Part shown: in pieces, positions 9,047-18,845 of the stretch | How positions within the stretch are numbered: position 1 is the stretch's first letter | How the letters are laid out: every line of letters begins with the position of its first letter | NCBI GenBank assembly: GCA_001776975.1 | Contig: MFCS01000029.1 | Span: 1 to 58,045 of the forward strand | Direction: 5' to 3' | Source: Candidatus Daviesbacteria bacterium RIFCSPHIGHO2_01_FULL_41_45 | Lineage (GTDB): Bacteria; Patescibacteriota; Microgenomatia; Daviesbacterales; UBA10151 | DNA: 58,045 nucleotides | Position numbers and translations under genes: made by a program | Notes under the pieces: model-generated | The model's database searches: none | What the model saw: the letters and a program-made list of their open reading frames with translations, nothing else | What the model was told of the DNA's origin: nothing

Positions 9047-10171
9047 ATGAAAGTTGCTTTGGTTCATGATTATTTAAAAGAATACGGTGGAGCGGAAAGA
9101 GTTTTGGAAACTTTGCATGAAATATTTCCTGAGGCTCCCATTTATGTGGCCTACAAAAATCTCAATGGTTTAGGATCACACAAAGAGCGGGTAAAAAAAT
9201 GGTCCGCCAATGGCGGAATTAAATCTTCCTGGATACAATATTTACCCTTTGCTAATAATTTAATCTCTTATCTAAAAATTATTGCCCCTAATCTTTTTGC
9301 CGGGATAGATTTATCAAGCTATGACTTGGTAATATCTTCCTGTAATACCTACTTTTCCAAGGCGGTTAAGGTAGGTAAAAACACACTACATATTAGCTAT
9401 ATCCACACCCCACCAAGATACCTGTATGGCTTTACCACCACCATCAGTTATAAAAATCCAATACTGAAAGCGTTGGCCGAGATTGGACATCATTACCTTA
9501 GGATTAAAGATTTTGAGGTCTCCCAACAACCGGATATTTTAGTGGCTAACTCTAAGGCAGTTCAAGCAAGAATTACCAAGTTTTATAGAAGGGACAGCGT
9601 GATAATTTATCCGCCCATTGATATTGAAAGGTTTAAGGCTGCCAGAGTGGTTGGAGAGGGAGGGTATTATCTCTCAGTCTCTAGATTAGTCAGAGGTAAG
9701 GGAGTGGAGATCATCGTTAAGGCCTGTAGTGATTTGGGGCTGCCTTTAAAAGTGGTGGGAAATGGGTCACAACTTGAGGAGTTGAGAAAAATGGCAGGCA
9801 AAACAGTAGAATTTTTAGGGGCTGTCAGCGACAGTCATTTACCAGGAATTTATGCCTCAGCAGGAGCTTTGGTTTTGGCTGCAGAAGATGAAGATTTTGG
9901 AATTACTCCGGTGGAGGCTATGGCCTCCGGAACTCCAGTTTTAGCCCTAAGATCAGGAGGATACCTGGAAACGTTGAGTGAAGGGATTACTGGGGAGTTT
10001 TTTGACGAGCCAACAACTGCTTCTCTAGCACAAGCCTTAAAAGACTTTGATTTCAGAAAATATAAATATGAGGAGCTGGTTAACAGGGCGGAGAAGTTCT
10101 CCAAAAACAGATTTAAACAGGCCGTGTTGAAGTTGGTTGAAGAAAATAATAGAAAAGGTGATAATAAATAA
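9047..10171 (+). CDS. GT4 family glycosyltransferase
   Basis: MKVALVHDYL..GGAERV, YIHTPPRYLY and EDFGITPVEAMASG (E-x7-E). Confidence 0.93.
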   Translation: MKVALVHDYLKEYGGAERVLETLHEIFPEAPIYVAYKNLNGLGSHKERVKKWSANGGIKSSWIQYLPFANNLISYLKIIAPNLFAGIDLSSYDLVISSCNTYFSKAVKVGKNTLHISYIHTPPRYLYGFTTTISYKNPILKALAEIGHHYLRIKDFEVSQQPDILVANSKAVQARITKFYRRDSVIIYPPIDIERFKAARVVGEGGYYLSVSRLVRGKGVEIIVKACSDLGLPLKVVGNGSQLEELRKMAGKTVEFLGAVSDSHLPGIYASAGALVLAAEDEDFGITPVEAMASGTPVLALRSGGYLETLSEGITGEFFDEPTTASLAQALKDFDFRKYKYEELVNRAEKFSKNRFKQAVLKLVEENNRKGDNK

Positions 10172-10612
10172 ATGTCGATTGTGACACATGTTGTTGTTGG
10201 TGCAGCGGTTGGTTCATTTATGCCAAATGCCCTATCTGGGGGAGTAGCGGGTTTTATCTCGCATATCTTGGGAGACTTGATACCCCACTATGACCCACCT
10301 TTAGGTAAATATGCTAAAAAAGGTCTACAAAGATCGTTTACTTGGTTTTTACTGCTGGTGGATTTTAGTTTAGGACTGATGGTTTTATGGTTGGTTAAAG
10401 ATTCTCCACAGATGTTAGTGGGGGGATTAGTGGGGGGATTAGTGGATTTGGACGCGTTCTTCTTTCATAAGCTAAAACATATTGGCATTCCCATTCATGA
10501 CCTAAAATCTAACTGGCATAAACAAACAACAGCTGTTAAGGGACTGTTTAATCAAGGCCTATTAACCTTAATTGCGGTAGCGATAATTTATCAAAACGCC
10601 TATAATCGCTAG
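10172..10612 (+). CDS. Small membrane protein, possible metal-dependent hydrolase
   Basis: TM helices with H...SHxxxDxxPHxD and D...H putative metal ligands. Confidence 0.6.
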   Translation: MSIVTHVVVGAAVGSFMPNALSGGVAGFISHILGDLIPHYDPPLGKYAKKGLQRSFTWFLLLVDFSLGLMVLWLVKDSPQMLVGGLVGGLVDLDAFFFHKLKHIGIPIHDLKSNWHKQTTAVKGLFNQGLLTLIAVAIIYQNAYNR

Positions 10613-10915
10613 ATGGAAATGAGAAAGCTTTCCTCATCTGATCCAATGTGGATTGATCAGTCTGGAGTTCAGAGATTAATCCGGGAATATAGAGGCAGTC
10701 GAAATAATCAATCCGGAGAAAAACAACAGCACTCTTTGGGAAGGGTACTTGCTAGGATGTATAAAGGACAGATTGTATTAAATGCTGGGAATTTGAATGA
10801 GGAGGAAACACTGCAATTAATGTTAGCCACCGAATCTGCCCCCCGCAGAATTAGCAGACAACTAGGACAGGGAATTCATTATTTATTTGCAGTTAGTAAG
10901 CAAGAGGAAGATTAA
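10613..10915 (+). CDS. Hypothetical protein
   Basis: 100-aa ORF filling the gap between genes; TATAAT at 10601-10606, 6 nt upstream. Confidence 0.6.
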   Translation: MEMRKLSSSDPMWIDQSGVQRLIREYRGSRNNQSGEKQQHSLGRVLARMYKGQIVLNAGNLNEEETLQLMLATESAPRRISRQLGQGIHYLFAVSKQEED

Positions 10916-10916
10916 G

Positions 10917-11777
10917 ATGCCGGAACTTCCAGAGGTTGAGACCATTAAGCTTGGTCTAGAGGCTAAGATTAAGGGTTTAAAGATTGAAAAAATTCAGATT
11001 CTGACCGCAAAATCTTTTAGTGGTGCAATTGCATCCATTACAGGAGCAAAGATATCGACCGTTGCTAGGCGAGCCAAGCTATTATTAATTGGTTTGGATA
11101 ACAACAAAACTATAATAATCCATCTTAAGATGACCGGTCAGCTAATATTAGAAGCAAGTAGTCAGCAGCAGGGAGCTAGGATAATTGGTGGACATCCCAC
11201 TACAAACATGTTTTCTGTTTTGCCCAATAGTACTACCCGGGCAGTTTTTAACTTATCAGATGGCTCGAAGCTTTTTTTTAACGATCAACGGATGTTTGGC
11301 TGGATCAAAGTGGTAAATAATGATCAACTGCCAATTATCAATCAGAAATTAGGTCCGGAGCCCTTAGGAGAGGAGTTTAGCTGGACGCTTCTAAAAACAC
11401 AGCTGCTAAAAAGAAAAGCCACTCCGGTTAAGGTGGTCTTAATGGATCAAGAGATAGTGGCGGGAATAGGTAACATCTATGCTTCAGAGGCCTGTTTTAT
11501 AGCTGGATTAGACCCACGGCGCAAGGTATTAACTATTACAGACGGTGATTTCCAAAGATTACATCAAGGGGTGATACAGTCTCTCACCGAGAGTCTTAAG
11601 CAGGGTGGATCTACCCGCTCCCACTTTAAAAACATTAATGGTGAGAGGGGTAATTTTTTAGAACATGCTTTTGTTTATGGTAAAAATGGTCAGCCCTGTA
11701 AAGTATGTGCTGTTGATGTCGAAAAAGTTACACTTGGAGGTAGGGGAACATACCTTTGCTCTCAGTGTCAAAAGTGA
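10917..11777 (+). CDS. mutM: Formamidopyrimidine-DNA glycosylase
   Basis: MPELPEVE start at 10917, HLKMTG, GIGNIYASE and C-terminal CxxC...CxxC zinc finger. Confidence 0.97.
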   Translation: MPELPEVETIKLGLEAKIKGLKIEKIQILTAKSFSGAIASITGAKISTVARRAKLLLIGLDNNKTIIIHLKMTGQLILEASSQQQGARIIGGHPTTNMFSVLPNSTTRAVFNLSDGSKLFFNDQRMFGWIKVVNNDQLPIINQKLGPEPLGEEFSWTLLKTQLLKRKATPVKVVLMDQEIVAGIGNIYASEACFIAGLDPRRKVLTITDGDFQRLHQGVIQSLTESLKQGGSTRSHFKNINGERGNFLEHAFVYGKNGQPCKVCAVDVEKVTLGGRGTYLCSQCQK

Positions 11778-11816
11778 CAGAGTTGGTGATAAGTTGCTAT
11801 ACTTAAGTTTATTGCC

Positions 11817-13196
11817 ATGAAGGATCGTCCCACATTTGCCTCGGTAATACTTAATCGTGGATTCAGGTTCCTTTGGCTAAATCAAATATTAGTACAGCTA
11901 GCCTACAATACTTTAAATTTTACTCTGATAGTTTGGGTTTTTAAATTAACCGAGTCAGCCTTAGCAGTTTCTTTTTTGGTGATGGCGATGTATCTACCGG
12001 CAGTTCTTTTCGGCATCTTTGCTGGTGTCTTTGTGGATATTACAGATCGGAGAAAGGTGATTATTGTTATTGATTTCTTATTAGCTCTGTCATTTTTACT
12101 ATTTATACTTATCAAAGGATCGTACTCATTAATTTTGTTAAATACTTTTTTTATTAACTCCTTAGCTCAGTTTTTTGTTCCAGCGGAGGGTTCATCGATC
12201 CCAATGTTAGTCAATAAAAAACAATTAATTATTGCTAACTCACTTTTTTCCCTAACCTTATATGGATCATTTATGATTGGGTTCTCTTTAGCCGGGCCTT
12301 TGTTGAATTTTTTTGGAATTAATTATGTATTTTACTTAGCTTTTGGAGCGATGTTTTTAGCATTTATATCTGCCCAATTTTTACCCACTATTAAGGTGGC
12401 AAATATCCATGCCAAGTATAATAACCTATTATCTTTTAGAAATATTAGAAAGATTGTTAACATCACCTTTAAAGAGGCTACAGAAACTTGGCAGTTTATC
12501 AGAGGAAATTTGGCGGTCGCTGTTGCCATTGGACTATTATCTGCCATTCAGGGGATTATTGGCTCTTTGGCCGTTGTCATGCCATCTTTTATGGAGAAGG
12601 TATTAAGGATTCATGCCACAGATACCTCATATTTTGTGATGGTGCCATTAGGATTAGGGATGGTGGTGGGAGCGTTGATAATTGGTAAATGGGCACACAA
12701 CAAACCCAGGCGCTCGGTAGTAATCCCGTCAATCGTGGCTGCTGGTGTTATCTTTATTCTTGCTGGGCTCATTCCCAGTATTGCCGAAATACTACAAGCG
12801 TCAGATCTGTCGAGTAAAATCCCCCATCCCCGCTATTTTTTCCGGGTACCAACCCTATCAGCGACTTATGCTATCGGGGCGTTTTTATTAGGGCTAGTTG
12901 CAGTAGGGATTATCATCCCATCTCAAACTGTACTCCAGGAAAATACCAATACCAGAAACAGGGGCAAGATATTTGCGGTTTTGGCAGTAATTATGTATGC
13001 CATCTCAGCAGTTCCAGTATTATTAGCCGGGTTATTAGCTGATTTAATCGGTCCTTCGGCAATATTTTTAGGGATGGGGGTTGTAGTGTTTATCGCTGGG
13101 GTGATAGCTTTGCGTCCGAATCAGTTTTTTAGGGAACGTTATCTCTCGGATCGGATCAGGGCATTTTTAGGTTTAGGCCATTGGCAAGGCGAGTAG
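11817..13196 (+). CDS. MFS transporter
   Basis: About 12 TM helices; motif A GVFVDITDRRKV. Confidence 0.88.
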   Translation: MKDRPTFASVILNRGFRFLWLNQILVQLAYNTLNFTLIVWVFKLTESALAVSFLVMAMYLPAVLFGIFAGVFVDITDRRKVIIVIDFLLALSFLLFILIKGSYSLILLNTFFINSLAQFFVPAEGSSIPMLVNKKQLIIANSLFSLTLYGSFMIGFSLAGPLLNFFGINYVFYLAFGAMFLAFISAQFLPTIKVANIHAKYNNLLSFRNIRKIVNITFKEATETWQFIRGNLAVAVAIGLLSAIQGIIGSLAVVMPSFMEKVLRIHATDTSYFVMVPLGLGMVVGALIIGKWAHNKPRRSVVIPSIVAAGVIFILAGLIPSIAEILQASDLSSKIPHPRYFFRVPTLSATYAIGAFLLGLVAVGIIIPSQTVLQENTNTRNRGKIFAVLAVIMYAISAVPVLLAGLLADLIGPSAIFLGMGVVVFIAGVIALRPNQFFRERYLSDRIRAFLGLGHWQGE

Positions 13197-13214
13197 AGCG
13201 GTTATACTTAATTT

Positions 13215-14624
13215 ATGTCCAGCTTGATACCTGAAGATCGGTCGGTGATTGATAACGATTCTGGTCTGTCTAGGGTAGTTGATGTAATTGCCGATAAGAG
13301 TAGACAAGTACCTTGGGAGAAGCAGTGGATTAAAGATAATATTACAAGTCTCCAAGAGGCAGTCCGGGAAGGTAAACATGAAACTTTGTATTATCCAGCC
13401 CATGGTTTTGATATCCTGCGCCCATTAATCGCTTACGATGCCAGTCAACTAATAGCGGTAGATTCAGATAATCAACTTAGAGGGCGTATCCAACAACAGT
13501 TAGAACAATTGGGAGTCTCATTTACTACCGAGACCTCAAGTGATGATAGTTTGGTGACGACAAGTTTTAATTGGCAAGGAAAGGACAGAAGAGTAACAGA
13601 AGTTTTTGAAGATGCCAGACAGTTTAATATCCAAGAGTTAGGGTTAGCTAAAGTTGATGTTTTACATGTTTATCTGCCGACTGGTGCTGACCAAGATGTA
13701 GATGAGCTAGATTTATATTTTAAGCAGAAGTATCCGCCAGACGAATGGATGAGACGGAAGACTAGGTATCAGTTAGGTGAGATTCCTGAGGAAATGGTTC
13801 CAGCTGTTGATCCAGAAACTGGGAAGTATCAAGTTATTCATAAAGCTATTGAAAACAGACTGACTCAGCAAAATTATGATTTGGTTTCTGAAGGAGGTTT
13901 TTTCTGTTTTGATGAAAGAGGGCTGTCGCCATACAAAAGAGCGTTTGATGCCCCGCATGTACTATTTGAGATGGCCGGTCTCCAGGAAAAAGGTATCACC
14001 CGAAGGTATCCGTGGACTGTGCGCACCTCATTTGTACCAAGTAAGGCAGATGTTCAATTCATGGATCGAGCCGGGGTGATTTATCATAAAGAACGAGGGG
14101 TATCCCCGCAAACTCTGGAGGCTTTTAACCATGTCATCTCGGTGATTAATGATACTGGATACAATATCGAGATGTTTGGGTCAGGAGAGTTTGATACTTT
14201 TGTCCACTTTGAGGACGGAGAAAAATTAGGAGATGCGGTGTTGAGACGCTTTAATGATTTAGATGAGGGGGTAGAGCGAATCTCTGGAGAATTTCAAAAA
14301 GCGGGTATAAAGCCTCAAAAAATTGAACAGTTTAAGGATCAGATGACCAGGGAGTATAAACAATCACTATTAAGATTACAGCAATCATTTAAAAGTTTTT
14401 TGGAGGTTTTAGGACAAGCGGGTAATCGATTAAGACAAGGGGAGGTAAACCAATCACAGTTTTGGCAGGAGTTGGGGATAGAATTTGGCCAATCAAGATA
14501 CGACACCAAAAGTCGTCGTTGGCCGTTTGCCCCGGCCGCACTTCTAGGAAACAAGGAACAAGCTCAAAATAATTTAGCGTTAATTAGAGAGTTTACCCAA
14601 TTAGAGTTTGGACTGGAAGAGTAA
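13215..14624 (+). CDS. Hypothetical protein, possible divergent class I SAM-methyltransferase fold
   Basis: TLYYPAHGFD...LIAVD resembles MTase motifs I/II; the rest is unrecognised. Confidence 0.5.
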   Translation: MSSLIPEDRSVIDNDSGLSRVVDVIADKSRQVPWEKQWIKDNITSLQEAVREGKHETLYYPAHGFDILRPLIAYDASQLIAVDSDNQLRGRIQQQLEQLGVSFTTETSSDDSLVTTSFNWQGKDRRVTEVFEDARQFNIQELGLAKVDVLHVYLPTGADQDVDELDLYFKQKYPPDEWMRRKTRYQLGEIPEEMVPAVDPETGKYQVIHKAIENRLTQQNYDLVSEGGFFCFDERGLSPYKRAFDAPHVLFEMAGLQEKGITRRYPWTVRTSFVPSKADVQFMDRAGVIYHKERGVSPQTLEAFNHVISVINDTGYNIEMFGSGEFDTFVHFEDGEKLGDAVLRRFNDLDEGVERISGEFQKAGIKPQKIEQFKDQMTREYKQSLLRLQQSFKSFLEVLGQAGNRLRQGEVNQSQFWQELGIEFGQSRYDTKSRRWPFAPAALLGNKEQAQNNLALIREFTQLEFGLEE

Positions 14625-14644
14625 TCAGTGTTATTATCCCTTCC

Positions 14645-15697
14645 ATGTTCCTAAAAAACCTCAAGTTAACAAATTTTAGAAATTACTCCTCGCTTGAATT
14701 AAATTTTTCTCAAACTACCTTATTAATTGGTAGAAATGCCCAAGGTAAGTCCAATCTTTTAGAAGCAATTTATTTTCTGTCTACCACTAAATCTCCTAAA
14801 GCAGAAAAAGATTCCCAACTAATAAAACAAGGTCAGGATTTTTGTAGGGTAGAAGGGTTAGTAGAAAGTGACCAGGAAGAAAAAACTAACCTTGAAATTG
14901 TAATGCAGATACAACAAGCACAGTTATTTAAAAGAACTAAGGTAAATGGCGTTCCCAGAAGAGTCACCGATTATATGGGCAATTTAGTGACAGTTTTATT
15001 TTCTCCGGAGGATATTCTTTTAGTAATTGGCTCACCATCTCTTCGCAGGTGGCATGTAGATATTACCTTAGCCCAAGTAGATAAAAGTTATAAAAGAGCC
15101 ATCAGCGAGTATTCAGAGGCTATCGCTTCCCGTAATAAAGTTCTCAAAAGGATAAAAGAGGGCACATCCCGAGTAGATGAACTGGATTTTTGGAGCGATA
15201 GGGCGATAGAGTCAGGACAGATAATCAGCAAAAAACGGCGGGATTTTTTTGAGTTTATTAATACTGTTGAAAAAAGATTTGGCGAGTTTTCTTATTTATA
15301 TAAACCTTCGGAAGTTGACAAGGAGCGCTTAAGGGAGTACCTGTCTCGGGAGATTGCCTCAACCAACAGCTTGATTGGTCCGCACCGAGATGATTTTATT
15401 TTTCGCTTAAATGGTTTAGATCTGGCCTATTTTGGTTCTCGTGGTGAGCAAAGAACTGCGGTGTTAGATTTAAAATTATCTGAGGTTGCCTTTATTACAA
15501 AAAGTCAAAACTCTAAACCGCTTTTGTTGTTAGATGATATTTTTTCCGAATTAGACACCGATCACCGAGAGCATGTAATCTCTGTAGTTTCAAACCAGCA
15601 AACTATAATCTCTGCTGTCGAAAATGAAGTTATTCCAGATGAATTTTTAAAATCAGTCCAGTTAATCAAAATAGAGGAGGGTACTGCCACTTTTTAG
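14645..15697 (+). CDS. recF: DNA replication/repair protein RecF
   Basis: GRNAQGKSNLLEAI, GPHRDD, SRGEQRT and LLLDDIFSELD. Confidence 0.96.
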   Translation: MFLKNLKLTNFRNYSSLELNFSQTTLLIGRNAQGKSNLLEAIYFLSTTKSPKAEKDSQLIKQGQDFCRVEGLVESDQEEKTNLEIVMQIQQAQLFKRTKVNGVPRRVTDYMGNLVTVLFSPEDILLVIGSPSLRRWHVDITLAQVDKSYKRAISEYSEAIASRNKVLKRIKEGTSRVDELDFWSDRAIESGQIISKKRRDFFEFINTVEKRFGEFSYLYKPSEVDKERLREYLSREIASTNSLIGPHRDDFIFRLNGLDLAYFGSRGEQRTAVLDLKLSEVAFITKSQNSKPLLLLDDIFSELDTDHREHVISVVSNQQTIISAVENEVIPDEFLKSVQLIKIEEGTATF

Positions 15698-15751
15698 AAA
15701 CTTTGCGGTTGTTTTGCGGGAATTATGCAATAAATATGGTACAATTAGTGA

Positions 15752-16456
15752 GTGAGATTTGTTTGGCGACTAATATCTTTAATCTTTCGTCTTGATCTGT
15801 TAATTCCATTTTTATTAATTGCCTCGTATTTGTCATTGGTATTTATTGCTAAAGGTAGCATTCCCTCCTCCGAGGAGATGATTGGATTATTTTCCGAGCT
15901 ATATGCTAAGTATGGTTATGAGATTATCTTTATCTCCGCCTTTTTGGAGAGTCTGATCATAATTAGTTTGATTGTTCCTGGAACATTGGCTCTGGCACTG
16001 GGAATTATTTTTGCTCGGACCGGACAAACAGATTTAACCTTGGTTATCTTAACTGTCATAGCGGGGGCGCTATTAGGGTATCTGTTAGATTATACTCTAG
16101 GATATCTGGGATTTTCAGACCTTTTAAAAAAATTAGGCTATGGCAAATTCTTAGAGCAATCAAAACAAAAACTAAGTAAATTTAAAAAAAGAGGATTAAT
16201 TATTGGTTTTATTCATGCTAATTTTGGGTCGTTTTTATCATTTTCTGCTGGAGCTACCGGCTATAGTTTTCCCACTTTTTTATTGGTAGCAAGCTTGGCA
16301 ACCATTGCCTGGACCTCATTTTGGAGTATAATAATTTATTCGTTAGGAGATATTGTTTTAGAGATTTTAAAAAGGTATTCATTTTTATTTTTTATGGCAG
16401 TTTTGGCAGTACTATTCCTGTCGCAGATATGGAATAGAGATAAGGAAAATAATTAA
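15752..16456 (+). CDS. DedA family membrane protein
   Basis: FLESLIIISLIVPG, GALLGYLLDYTLG and SAGATG. Confidence 0.85.
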   Translation: MRFVWRLISLIFRLDLLIPFLLIASYLSLVFIAKGSIPSSEEMIGLFSELYAKYGYEIIFISAFLESLIIISLIVPGTLALALGIIFARTGQTDLTLVILTVIAGALLGYLLDYTLGYLGFSDLLKKLGYGKFLEQSKQKLSKFKKRGLIIGFIHANFGSFLSFSAGATGYSFPTFLLVASLATIAWTSFWSIIIYSLGDIVLEILKRYSFLFFMAVLAVLFLSQIWNRDKENN

Positions 16457-17532
16457 TGTTTGCACCAATCTATACCATCACCAATAAAACCCTACGCAAT
16501 ATTGGTATCACAGATGCTGCGCGAGAGGTAATAGACAACGCTCCTTTAATCCCGGCTTGGGAGGCAAAATTTAGAAAAGAAGCCATCGAAAGAACGGTTC
16601 ATCATGGCACTCATATAGAGGGCAATAAACTGTCTTTAGAAGAAGCTAAAGATATTTTAGAAGGTGGAGAGGTGGTAGCTAGAGAAAGGGATGTTCAAGA
16701 GGTAATTAATTTGAGAAACAGTTTAAAGTTTATCAGTCAACTTGCTTCTCAAGAATTACCAGGTGAAAGTTCTCTGATTACTGTTGAGACAATTTTTAAA
16801 CTGCACAAATTAACAGTCGATAAAATACTAGCAGAGGATAGTAGTGGCAAGTTTAGAATCCGCCAGGTGGTGGTAAAAAATGCCCAAACTGGACAGATAA
16901 CTTACACCCCACCTCCAGCAGCCGAGGTGCCATATCTAATGGAGGATTTAATCAATTGGATTAATTCCGCAGAAGGTAAGGAGATCCACCCGATAATTAA
17001 GGCGGGCATTGTTCATTATGAGTTAGCCAGAATTCATCCTTTTGTGGATGGGAACGGACGGGTTGCCAGGGCGGTAGCCACCCTGGTGATGTTTTTAGAT
17101 GGGTATGATATTAGGAGGTTTTTCTCCCTGGAGGAGTATTTTGATAATGATCCAATGAACTACTACTTAACCTTACAGTCTGTTTCTAATCAACTAGTTT
17201 TAGATCACCATGAAAGGGATTTGACCCCTTGGTTGGATTATTTTGTTGAAGGAGTGGCGATTGAATTAAATAGAATAAAAGAGGTAGTCAGGAGAATCTC
17301 TTTTGACACCCGGGTGAAGGATAAACTAGGGGAGCAGTTAACTTTGAATGAGAGGCAGATGATTTTGATGGAATTTTTACACCGGCACAAAAATATGCAG
17401 AATAAAGACTTTCGCAAGATGTTTCCTGACTACTCAGATGATACAGTCTTAAGAGAATTAAGGTTTTTGGCTAAAAAGGGTCTGATTAGAAAAATCGGTG
17501 GCACCAAAAAAGCTCAGTATATTTTAAAATAA
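16456..17532 (+). CDS. Fic family AMPylase with C-terminal winged HTH
   Basis: HPFVDGNGRVAR catalytic motif; N-terminal GTHIEGN inhibitory-type motif; TAATG coupling to dedA. Confidence 0.92.
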   Translation: MFAPIYTITNKTLRNIGITDAAREVIDNAPLIPAWEAKFRKEAIERTVHHGTHIEGNKLSLEEAKDILEGGEVVARERDVQEVINLRNSLKFISQLASQELPGESSLITVETIFKLHKLTVDKILAEDSSGKFRIRQVVVKNAQTGQITYTPPPAAEVPYLMEDLINWINSAEGKEIHPIIKAGIVHYELARIHPFVDGNGRVARAVATLVMFLDGYDIRRFFSLEEYFDNDPMNYYLTLQSVSNQLVLDHHERDLTPWLDYFVEGVAIELNRIKEVVRRISFDTRVKDKLGEQLTLNERQMILMEFLHRHKNMQNKDFRKMFPDYSDDTVLRELRFLAKKGLIRKIGGTKKAQYILK

Positions 17533-17534
17533 AA

Positions 17535-17795
17535 TCACTCCCTCAATTTTAGCGGAGGGGGCTGGATTATCATAGAGGGTTTAGTAACTTGCGTACCAGA
17601 TTTACCAAGTTGGCCAAGTCTTACTCGACCTTCGGCGCTAATATCTACAATTACCCTGGGAGCCGGCATCGGAATTTCCTCATTTCCTGATCTAATATTG
17701 CCTTTTCTGTTGGTGCTAGAAAACGCGCCAGGTTTATTAGAATAATCGATCGCCGAGGCAATTCCTCCAAATTCACCAGTTCAACTAATTGCCAT
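17535..17795 (-). pseudogene. Possible disrupted small orphan ORF
   Basis: TATAAT (17806-17811, minus), then ATG GCA ATT AGT TGA; the same frame stays open for 81 further sense codons up to TGA at 17535-17537. Confidence 0.25.
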
Positions 17796-17829
17796 ATCAA
17801 TAATGATTATACAATAAAACTCAAGGATT

Positions 17830-18249
17830 CTAGTCTTGGTTTTTTGGAGCTGACTGATCCATGTCAATAAACCGGTGTTCTCCCATTTCAGTAACCACGA
17901 CCCGGTCAATTTTACTAAACTGACGTATTATCTCGGCTGTGGCTCGAGTAGAATCTAGCACCTCTTGGGCTAGTGACCTTAAACCAGCAGGTAATTGTGG
18001 ATCTGTTATTAACATGTCACCAAGCCCTAGTGTTTCGGATAGGGCATCGGCAACTTGTTGCCGCACGGTATTACCTACGAGTTGTGCGCCATCTAGCTGT
18101 TGAGCATCTGCAAAAGCTCTTAGTATCCGCGTTGCCTCATCAGGCCGGTTATCTCTAACAGCCTGATCGATTTGCCGAAAGACCGATGCTACAGTTTCTT
18201 TGGGGGAGATGTCTTGTTGAGGTTTATCTGTTTCGGAACCGTCCATCAT
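17830..18249 (-). CDS. Hypothetical helical protein
   Basis: 139 aa; TGtTAATAT 6 nt upstream of the ATG. Confidence 0.65.
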   Translation of the reverse strand: MMDGSETDKPQQDISPKETVASVFRQIDQAVRDNRPDEATRILRAFADAQQLDGAQLVGNTVRQQVADALSETLGLGDMLITDPQLPAGLRSLAQEVLDSTRATAEIIRQFSKIDRVVVTEMGEHRFIDMDQSAPKNQD

Positions 18250-18298
18250 ATAACAATATTAACACTAAATGATTAAGGATAAAATTAGGAGGACTTAA

Positions 18299-18327
18299 TT
18301 GACTATAAGCTTAATTTGTGATAGGAT
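18299..18327 (+). promoter_or_regulatory. Sigma70-type promoter
   Basis: TTGACT-N17-TAGGAT with extended TG. Confidence 0.55.
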
Positions 18328-18388
18328 TTACTCCTATGCAGAACAAGTACCAATTGGCGAGAAAATAACAGGTCAACAATTTGGGGCA

Positions 18389-18802
18389 ATGAGACTTCTA
18401 TTTTTAGATAATAATCCTGATCAGTTAGATTTGATGCGGTGCAGGTTAGAGGGTATATCAATAATCAGGGAGGTTTTGTATTTTCAAAATGATCAAGAAG
18501 CCCTGGTAGCACTTACCGGACAGCCTGGTGCATTTGATGGTGTGGTCACTGACCTCAGGAGGGATGGTCCAGGAACTGGAGAGCGTTTTATAGCTACTCT
18601 CAAAAAGATCGATCCTATTGTTCCTATCGCCATTATTACAGGAGAATTATTAACTCGCCAAAAAACCAGAGCGCTCTGTAATGTTGGCGCGGATTTTGTT
18701 TTTAATCGATTGGCTTTGTTGACAGAAGACCGTCTGGTAGCGTTATTTACAGAGATGGCTCGATTAGGTCAACAGCGCAGAGATAATCAAATTTTACTGT
18801 AG
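18389..18802 (+). CDS. Single-domain CheY-like receiver protein (atypical)
   Basis: MRLLFLDNN, FDGVVTDL (phospho-Asp), PIAIITG and GADFVFNR (conserved Lys absent). Start reassigned to ATG 18389. Confidence 0.8.
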   Translation: MRLLFLDNNPDQLDLMRCRLEGISIIREVLYFQNDQEALVALTGQPGAFDGVVTDLRRDGPGTGERFIATLKKIDPIVPIAIITGELLTRQKTRALCNVGADFVFNRLALLTEDRLVALFTEMARLGQQRRDNQILL

Positions 18803-18845
18803 TTTCTATTGTCACATTTTCAGATATGAACTAAAATTCAAGTCA

